From positions 1 to 64,000 of the IMG/VR virus record IMGVR_UViG_3300027816_000051: 64,000 nucleotides of DNA; one strand, written 5' to 3'. A program made the position numbers and the translations under genes. This document shows, piece after piece, positions 5,401 through 12,083 of the stretch (positions within the stretch are counted from its first letter, which is position 1; each line of letters opens with the position of its first letter). Under the pieces are notes generated by a model. It did no database searches, had not been told where the DNA came from, and saw only the letters and a list, made by a program, of their open reading frames with translations.

Positions 5401-5473
5401 TGGTACCGACAGGAATTGAACCTGTGACACCCAGATTTTCAGTCTGGTGCTCTACCAACTGAGCTACGGTACC
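5401..5473 (-). tRNA. tRNA-Phe(GAA)
   Basis: CCAGA CTGAAAA TCTGG. Confidence 0.95.
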
Positions 5474-5481
5474 ATTTTAAA

Positions 5482-5500
5482 CCAATATGTCAAAGAACAA
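5482..5500 (-). promoter_or_regulatory. boxA-like antitermination element
   Basis: TTGTTCTTTGACATATTGG, identical to 2822-2840. Confidence 0.6.
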
Positions 5501-5505
5501 CTTTG

Positions 5506-5575
5506 TGGACACTGTGGGAATCGAACCCAATCGTTCTGATTGCAAATCAGACGGTCTGCCGTTGACATCAGGCCC
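5506..5575 (-). tRNA. Atypical tRNA-Ala(TGC)
   Basis: TCTGA TTTGCAA TCAGA; G3:U70 present; bulged or mismatched acceptor stem; A at position 8. Confidence 0.75.
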
Positions 5576-5582
5576 ATAAAAC

Positions 5583-5610
5583 AAAAAAACCTCGAGATTT
5601 CTCCCGAGGT
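5583..5610 (-). terminator. Intrinsic terminator of tRNA leader 2 (attenuator-like)
   Basis: ACCTCGGGA-GAAA-TCTCGAGGT followed by a T run. Confidence 0.85.
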
Positions 5611-5638
5611 TCCTTTATATCGTTTTAAACTAAACAAC

Positions 5639-5728
5639 TTACAAGACACCTCGGGACATGCAAATATCAGCCACCTCCGCCCATTTTGAACAGATTGTAA
5701 ATGACATTGTATGTGTAAAGCGTCTCAT
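5639..5728 (-). CDS. Putative leader peptide (29 aa, MRRFTHTMSFTICSKWAEVADICMSRGVL)
   Basis: Read by hand; between promoter and terminator; contains TCCCGAGGT, a perfect 9-nt complement of the terminator 5' arm. Confidence 0.6.
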   Translation of the reverse strand: MRRFTHTMSFTICSKWAEVADICMSRGVL

Positions 5729-5758
5729 TGAAGTTTTATTTAATTTTAAAATCTTTTA

Positions 5759-5790
5759 CAAAGATAATAATAAGTATGCTGAAAAACAAG
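5759..5790 (-). promoter_or_regulatory. Bacteroidota sigma70-type promoter heading the tRNA array
   Basis: CTTG-N20-TATCTTTG. Confidence 0.8.
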
Positions 5791-5843
5791 AAAAGTTTGA
5801 AATTTTTTTAAAAAAATATATATAACAATCTCGATTGCCGAGG

Positions 5844-5851
5844 TATTTATA
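5844..5851 (+). promoter_or_regulatory. Putative phage late-promoter motif TATTTATA
   Basis: Same octamer precedes many structural genes on either strand. Confidence 0.6.
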
Positions 5852-5887
5852 GTAAACCAAATAAATAAACTAAACTAAATTACAACT

Positions 5888-6142
5888 ATGAACTTCAAAA
5901 AATGGATTATTGACCTTTTCAAAGATGAAAGAGGGTCAACTTCAATCAAACCGGTAATCGCCCTTTTAGGTGCATTATTCCTTTGCGGAACCATGATGGC
6001 AAATTCTTTTACACATGGTGACATTAAACCATCAGAAGAATTGGTAAACGCGGTGATGGTCATTACCGCTATTGGAATGGGTGCAGATACTTTAGATAAG
6101 TTCTCACATAAAAAGAAATCAGACGACGAAGTTTCTGAGTAA
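5888..6142 (+). CDS. Small 2-TM membrane protein (holin-like)
   Basis: Two hydrophobic segments and a charged C-terminus. Confidence 0.6.
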   Translation: MNFKKWIIDLFKDERGSTSIKPVIALLGALFLCGTMMANSFTHGDIKPSEELVNAVMVITAIGMGADTLDKFSHKKKSDDEVSE

Positions 6143-6147
6143 AAATT

Positions 6148-6172
6148 ATGGGGTTAGATAACCCCATTTTTT
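6148..6172 (+). terminator. Intrinsic terminator
   Basis: ATGGGGTT-AGAT-AACCCCAT plus T run. Confidence 0.7.
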
Positions 6173-6179
6173 CTTTTTT

Positions 6180-6677
6180 GTGATGAAGAGACTGCCCATC
6201 ATATTATTATTATTTCTAATATCATTTGGATTTTCGAATCTGAATGCCCAAACTATTGTTGTTGATACGGTAATCAATAACATTAAAATTGGTCCGTTCA
6301 CCGAAAATAAGAATTTGGCTTTCGGTGTTAAAAATATAATTGAAGAAATCATCAATGAACAGGATAGTTTAATTCTGATTACAGATAAAAATAAAGCAGA
6401 CTACAAAATTAAAGTTGAACTCATATTTTTTGACATTGTAACGACTAACTCGGGGGTTAGTATTTTTCACGAAGACAAAACAACCACCGTCATAAGAATG
6501 AAAGGTGTATTGTACAAAGGTGATAAAAAAATTAAACAGGAATTTTCGGAAGGTAAATCAACCGAAATTTCAACCTCAACCATAATGATTGATGAGGGTG
6601 GTAAATTCAATCAACAATCTGCTAGTTCGGCATTAAAGAAAACAACTCAAAACCTAATAAACAAACTAATACTATGA
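6180..6677 (+). CDS. Exported protein, probable CsgG/TolB-N-like fold
   Basis: Sec signal peptide; C-terminal G.S.....KFNQQSASSALKK parallels the CsgG-like protein at 9477. Confidence 0.6.
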   Translation: MMKRLPIILLLFLISFGFSNLNAQTIVVDTVINNIKIGPFTENKNLAFGVKNIIEEIINEQDSLILITDKNKADYKIKVELIFFDIVTTNSGVSIFHEDKTTTVIRMKGVLYKGDKKIKQEFSEGKSTEISTSTIMIDEGGKFNQQSASSALKKTTQNLINKLIL

Positions 6678-8590
6678 AAAAATTATTATTTATCCTAACC
6701 GCGTTAATTTTTACGACGACCGCGTTTTCTCAAACTACGCCACAGATTGGTAATCCTGTTGCGTATAAAACAATCAAAAGGGGTGACACCCTTGATGTTG
6801 TGTTTAAATACACACCAGCATCTTCTGTTGATGTTAGAACTTTCCAAGTTGATTTTCAATATAGAAAACAACTTTTCACTCACGTATCAACAACTGTCGA
6901 CCCAACTGTGAGTACTATGACACCAGCACTTTCGATTAAGTTCTTTAACAACTACAAATACTCAAGCTACAGTTCGGGAACTGGTTTGTACTCATATTCA
7001 ACGGATACAAATTACACTGTGGCAAGAAACTTTTTGGTTTTGTCAAGTGGTTCTCAAATCACCCAAGACACCTTTTTGATTCACAACAAATTTATCATCA
7101 ACGATGTTGAATCGAACTTCGACGCGGACAGTGTTGAAATAAACTGGGCTCGAATGTTCAAATATGACGGTACTACAATAGGTGATAACATTGCAATCTT
7201 AGATGTTCAAGACATGCATCTTGAACTTTTGGGTAACTTGGTTATCAGTGGTGTTGTTGAATTACCGCCAACAATGAAACTAAATGGTAGAAGACCAACA
7301 GTTATATGTACAAAATACAACACAGGTACATTTGTATCATCAGCACTTTGTGACACTGCGGGTTTCTACTCACTTAACAACGTAGATAAAAATACTAAGT
7401 ATAAATTACTTGTAAGATTCCCCGCGGATAGTATGGAAGTTTTCAGAGATTACGCAGTGACAATATCAGACGCGGTAAAAACATATGATGAATATACAGT
7501 AACTGATGTAAACCAAGGATTTGGTCAACAATATTTGAAAAATGGCTTGGCTTATCTAATAGGTGATATGAACCAAAACGGAAAGTTAGATGGTGGTGAC
7601 CCATACTTGATTTATGCAAACGTTAGTGGTATGAAAAAAATTGACACCACAACCATGATTAGAACATTCCACGCTGATGTTTATGATTCATTAGTGTTAG
7701 GTTCAACACAATGGAATGATTGGCCAAATCATTTAACCGCCACCAATTTTATTACTGATAGTGTTGGATTAACTAATAAGACAGTAAACATTAAGTACTT
7801 TATTCAAGGTGATGTTGACAGAACTTACTCATCGAGAGTATGGAACTCATCAGGTGTATTAGTAGCTAAGGCGGTGTTTAAAGGTAAATTAGATGTTGAG
7901 ATACCTAATACCGCATCATCAGGTAATCAACCAATATACGTACCATTTAATGTAAACACTAATGGTGATAATAATTATGGTCTACAGTTTGAAATGAAAT
8001 ATGATAAAAACAAGGTTAAATTTGAAGAAATCATATCTAATTTTAACGGAGGTCCATGGTTACAGTACGTTACACATGACGCAACTGCTGGTACAATTAG
8101 ATTTGGTGGTATGAATAACCAATTTAAAGATGGTTTAATTGGTCAAGCAACACCATTTAAATTAAAATTTTCACCTATTGGAAATAATGATATTGTGAGT
8201 AATATTTACGTTAGACAATTAATGGACGCATCCGATGAAAGAGGTGACCACTTGAATATTGACTTAGTTAGTAGTGTTGCTGTTATTATGTACAAAATGG
8301 CACCACCTATGAATCAAGACATTGATGAAATTACAGCATCAATTCGTCCAAACCCAACTGGTGGTTGGTTTGAATTAGAAGTAAAATTTCCCAACCCAAA
8401 CATGTCAATGAATGTTTCCATCTATGATAATAGAGGTCAACTAATTAAACAAGTTGGTTCTGTTACCACTAACTATATGGAAACAACTGCCTACAAACAA
8501 ATTGATATGAGTTCTGCATCATCAGGTAATTATTATCTGATTTTGAATAATTATAATAAACAATTAACAAGACAATTTATAAAAGTTTAA
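6674..8590 (+). CDS. T9SS type-A-sorted protein with cohesin-like and dockerin-like modules
   Basis: Signal peptide; GDMNQNGKLDGGDPYLI Ca-loop and later QGDVD; GLQFEMKYDKNKVKFEEI...IRFGG cohesin-like; C-terminal IRPNPT...IYDNRGQLI...GNYYLIL...QFIKV sorting domain. Confidence 0.8.
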   Translation: MKKLLFILTALIFTTTAFSQTTPQIGNPVAYKTIKRGDTLDVVFKYTPASSVDVRTFQVDFQYRKQLFTHVSTTVDPTVSTMTPALSIKFFNNYKYSSYSSGTGLYSYSTDTNYTVARNFLVLSSGSQITQDTFLIHNKFIINDVESNFDADSVEINWARMFKYDGTTIGDNIAILDVQDMHLELLGNLVISGVVELPPTMKLNGRRPTVICTKYNTGTFVSSALCDTAGFYSLNNVDKNTKYKLLVRFPADSMEVFRDYAVTISDAVKTYDEYTVTDVNQGFGQQYLKNGLAYLIGDMNQNGKLDGGDPYLIYANVSGMKKIDTTTMIRTFHADVYDSLVLGSTQWNDWPNHLTATNFITDSVGLTNKTVNIKYFIQGDVDRTYSSRVWNSSGVLVAKAVFKGKLDVEIPNTASSGNQPIYVPFNVNTNGDNNYGLQFEMKYDKNKVKFEEIISNFNGGPWLQYVTHDATAGTIRFGGMNNQFKDGLIGQATPFKLKFSPIGNNDIVSNIYVRQLMDASDERGDHLNIDLVSSVAVIMYKMAPPMNQDIDEITASIRPNPTGGWFELEVKFPNPNMSMNVSIYDNRGQLIKQVGSVTTNYMETTAYKQIDMSSASSGNYYLILNNYNKQLTRQFIKV

Positions 8591-8594
8591 AACT

Positions 8595-8933
8595 ATGAGC
8601 GACGAAACAAACGTACCAGAATCTGACGGAACATGGTCAGGCCTTAAGAAAACATTAATCGGAACTATTTCAACCGCAATTTTAGCTGGTGGTACATGGT
8701 TTACTACTACTCTTATGGGTGGTGGTGAAGAAAAAAATGAACCCACACCAACTCAACAATCGGCACCTGTTATTAATTTAAATGTAGATAATTCTTCTAA
8801 GAACACATCATCAAGTGGTGGGGGAAATACTACAATTATAAAAGAAAGAGTGGTTGAAAAACCATCCAAATCAGAACCTTCTAAACCTAAAAAAGAAGGT
8901 GATGAATTTAAAGAAAAAGAACCACAATGGTAA
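8595..8933 (+). CDS. Membrane-anchored low-complexity protein
   Basis: One N-terminal hydrophobic segment; Ser/Pro/Lys/Glu-rich tail. Confidence 0.75.
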   Translation: MSDETNVPESDGTWSGLKKTLIGTISTAILAGGTWFTTTLMGGGEEKNEPTPTQQSAPVINLNVDNSSKNTSSSGGGNTTIIKERVVEKPSKSEPSKPKKEGDEFKEKEPQW

Positions 8934-9475
8934 ATAATCAACCAACCGGATTTAAAGACCTTCTTAATTCAATGATGAAAAGAAGGTGGTTTATTACCGC
9001 GATTGTTTTAGGTGGATTTATGTTTATTATGGCTGGAATATTTGCCGCCATAATTGGTAAAAATGAAATAGGTGGAGAATGGAAAGAACTTCTTCTTTTA
9101 CTTCTTGGTGCTTTCATTGGTTCTTATGGTAAAATCATTGACTATTGGTTCAGTGATACCGATAAAGATAAAATGTTAGTACAAAAAATGGATGAGGAAG
9201 ATGGTACATCTTTGTCAAACACCGCCGATATGAAAACACCAATCAATCAAAGTTTAGATGAATCTACCCCTCAAGTCACTCCTCAAGTCACCCCCCAAGT
9301 TGGTGTGGAAATAGACGAAGATGGTGATGGTGTAATGGATGGTTTAGATTTTGATAATGATGGTATCATAGATGAATATTTTGAACATCGTCAATGTGAG
9401 CACGTTTGGGGCGACCAAGATAATGACGGTGATTTAGAATGTTTGAAATGTGGTAAGATTAAAGACCCTGAGTAA
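8927..9475 (+). CDS. 2-TM membrane protein with DxDxDG Ca-binding-like repeats and Cys/His motif
   Basis: Two TM segments; DEDGDG, DFDNDG, DQDNDG; CEH...CLKC. Confidence 0.75.
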   Translation: MVNNQPTGFKDLLNSMMKRRWFITAIVLGGFMFIMAGIFAAIIGKNEIGGEWKELLLLLLGAFIGSYGKIIDYWFSDTDKDKMLVQKMDEEDGTSLSNTADMKTPINQSLDESTPQVTPQVTPQVGVEIDEDGDGVMDGLDFDNDGIIDEYFEHRQCEHVWGDQDNDGDLECLKCGKIKDPE

Positions 9476-9476
9476 T

Positions 9477-10235
9477 ATGAAAAATTTCTTATTTAAGAAA
9501 ATTTTATCTCCAATTGTTTTAGTAATACTATGGTTTTTGGCGATGTTACTATTTGCTAATACGGTAAGTGCTCAAGTTGTGGGTAAGACACAAACAGAAC
9601 AATATAAAGCGTCTTTTGAAACAAATGTGTCTATAGATTCTCTTATGGATTATGATGGCCCTCAAATCCCAATACAAATTTTGAAAATTGGTATTAGTGA
9701 TGAGGTGTATGAACAATATCCCGAACTAAAAGAAAAAAAAGTTGGTTTGGGTGTTGCCAATATTACACTTGAATATTTGGAGAATTTAAATAGATTCACA
9801 TTTACCGAAGACAAAACTGAAATCAAAAATCGTATGGTGAAACAATACCAAGCATCTCAAGCCGGTATTAGTTATGACACATTAAATGGTAGAGGTAAGA
9901 TAAGATTGGCACATTATTTTGTGACAATTGAAGTTTATGAATTTTCAGTGAGTGAGGATGAAACCGTAAATCTTAGTAATGGTGTTAAAAATACCGTTGT
10001 AACTAGATTAGGTTTACAGGTTAGATTTACAGACGCAGAAACCGGTCAAATAATCGCCGCAAGTGGTTTAGGTGAAGCGGTAACAGTAAGAGAACTCAGT
10101 CTTTTGAATGATGATAATTTAAGTGAAGTGAAGTTTAATCAATCAACAATAGGTATTAGTACAAAAAAAGCATTAGATATTGCTTGTTCAAGAATTCTAT
10201 TAAGAATGATAAAAAAGGGTGTATTCCCAAAATAA
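9477..10235 (+). CDS. CsgG-family (curli assembly/transport-like) protein
   Basis: Signal peptide; GLGVANITLEYLENLNRFTFTE, VTIEVYEF, LGLQVRFTDAETGQIIAASG pattern typical of the CsgG/TolB-N family; start set at MKNFLFK. Confidence 0.7.
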   Translation: MKNFLFKKILSPIVLVILWFLAMLLFANTVSAQVVGKTQTEQYKASFETNVSIDSLMDYDGPQIPIQILKIGISDEVYEQYPELKEKKVGLGVANITLEYLENLNRFTFTEDKTEIKNRMVKQYQASQAGISYDTLNGRGKIRLAHYFVTIEVYEFSVSEDETVNLSNGVKNTVVTRLGLQVRFTDAETGQIIAASGLGEAVTVRELSLLNDDNLSEVKFNQSTIGISTKKALDIACSRILLRMIKKGVFPK

Positions 10236-10256
10236 CTTCATAATGTTTAAAAGTTA

Positions 10257-10284
10257 ATAAAAGGGGGGTTAAACCCCCTTTTTA
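10257..10284. terminator. Probable bidirectional terminator hairpin
   Basis: A-run, G-run/C-run hairpin, T-run. Confidence 0.6.
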
Positions 10285-10286
10285 AT

Positions 10287-12083
10287 ATGGTTATGAATTT
10301 TAAAACGTTAATATTAAGTTTTTTTCTTATTTTCGTATGTAACATATCGAAAGCACAGGTATCAACATATACCTTTATCGACCCTTGTACAAAAGAGGTA
10401 ACTATGTTTAGTGTACCAATACAGGGTGGTAAAACAATGATTATTTTTTTAGATAATGTTGGTTACTTTGATGCTAATGATTTGTCAAATGGTAATTTTT
10501 CAAATTGGGTAAATCAGGTTTACACAAAATACAGACAGACCAATCCCTGTTCACAACAACAAGGTCAGGTAATTCAAAATCAGATAACCGCACAAATAAT
10601 TGGAGGTACGATTCAGTCAGTTGTTAGTTCTATTTTGTCAAGCAGTCAATCACAATCAACAAGTTTAGAAAGTGGTTCGTCAAGTAGTGATGCTGGTGGA
10701 AAAGACAATAAAAATTCTGAAAAAAAGAAAAATAATAATTCATCCCAAACAAATGGAAATAATTCATCTCAATCAAATACAACGAGTACTACTTCAACTC
10801 AAACTGGAGGACAATCCCAAACGAATTCAGGAACTAATAACTCAAATGGAGGAAGTGGTTCAACATCAGGAAATGGGAATACAACGAATGGTGGAGGGAC
10901 ATCAGGTTCAGGTAACACAACTCAAGGTGGAAATTCAACGACTCAACCGTCTGTAGGAACAAACACGTCTACTAACAACAATTCAGGTTCAACCAATAGT
11001 GGTGGTTCTGGTGGTACTAACAATAGTTCGTCTAATAATACGAACACAACAACCGGTAACAATGGAACATCTACAAATACTTCGGGTGGTTCAACAACTA
11101 ATACAAACGGTTCGGCAACCACAAGTGGTAGTGGTGGTAGTAATACCAACAATTCAAATAGTGGAGGTTCTAATACAAACGGTTCTAATGGTAATACCAC
11201 AGGTGGTTCTACAAATGGTAATAGTGGGGGTTCTAATGGTGGTACCACTAGTGGTACAAATACAACAGGTGGAAGCGGTTCAAGTAATACTAATAACACC
11301 AACACAAATAATCAAAAGGGTGAGGAAGTTGGTGCCACAACACAAATGAATAATGATGCACACAATGATAATAATGCGGGTGGAGGTTCTAATAGTGGTG
11401 GTAAAGGTAAATCAGGGGGTAGTGGTAGTGCGAGGTCAAACCCTATAATAGTTTCTTCTGATATTACCTCAGCACAAAACTTGAATAGAACATTTACACC
11501 TATTGTTAATATAGGTACAAGTAAATCGTCAATGACGGGTTTATCAAGTTATGGTGTTACTGGTATGGTATGGTTAAACTTTAAACAGTTTGCTGTTTCG
11601 GCTAAATACACTAAAATACATTACAGTAAATCAAAAAAATTAAAATTCATACATAATTTAAATTTAACGGGTGTATATACTTACGGAAACTACTTGGGTT
11701 TTGTTGGTTATAGTGGGATTTTAAATGGTGGAAAATACGGTGTAACAGGTTTTAATATAAGTGGTGCAGCCACGATAATATCAGAAGAAAAAAGTGGTTA
11801 TTATTCACCATCAATTACCGCTTTTTATACAAGACCAATTAAGGTTAGTAAAAAAATGATAGTTAGTCCTGAATTATATGTTATTTCTACACCATTGGTT
11901 TATTCAACCAAAGACAAAGTATCAATAAGTGATAGATACGTGAGTGGGTTTATTGGGACGGGTATTGATTATCAAATATCAAAAAGATTTAAGTTAAATG
12001 TCAACTATAAAGCAAATATGAGTACAAATCCGGAATTTCCGATTTTGTCATTCTTTTTAATTGGTAGTAAGATAAATTTATGA
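10287..12083 (+). CDS. Exported protein with long S/T/N/G-rich linker and probable C-terminal beta-barrel
   Basis: Signal peptide; about 260 aa of low complexity; C-terminal alternating amphipathic strands ending GSKINL. Confidence 0.7.
   Translation: MVMNFKTLILSFFLIFVCNISKAQVSTYTFIDPCTKEVTMFSVPIQGGKTMIIFLDNVGYFDANDLSNGNFSNWVNQVYTKYRQTNPCSQQQGQVIQNQITAQIIGGTIQSVVSSILSSSQSQSTSLESGSSSSDAGGKDNKNSEKKKNNNSSQTNGNNSSQSNTTSTTSTQTGGQSQTNSGTNNSNGGSGSTSGNGNTTNGGGTSGSGNTTQGGNSTTQPSVGTNTSTNNNSGSTNSGGSGGTNNSSSNNTNTTTGNNGTSTNTSGGSTTNTNGSATTSGSGGSNTNNSNSGGSNTNGSNGNTTGGSTNGNSGGSNGGTTSGTNTTGGSGSSNTNNTNTNNQKGEEVGATTQMNNDAHNDNNAGGGSNSGGKGKSGGSGSARSNPIIVSSDITSAQNLNRTFTPIVNIGTSKSSMTGLSSYGVTGMVWLNFKQFAVSAKYTKIHYSKSKKLKFIHNLNLTGVYTYGNYLGFVGYSGILNGGKYGVTGFNISGAATIISEEKSGYYSPSITAFYTRPIKVSKKMIVSPELYVISTPLVYSTKDKVSISDRYVSGFIGTGIDYQISKRFKLNVNYKANMSTNPEFPILSFFLIGSKINL

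Noticed and set aside
5464-5649. 61-aa ORF across the terminator and tRNA-Ala
   Set aside because: Overlaps terminator, tRNA and boxA; its ATG is out of frame with the leader and no protein features are present. It could still influence attenuation if translated
10672-11349. Alternative-frame ORFs (10672+, 10943-, 10999+)
   Set aside because: Artefacts of the low-complexity Gly/Ser/Asn/Thr tract
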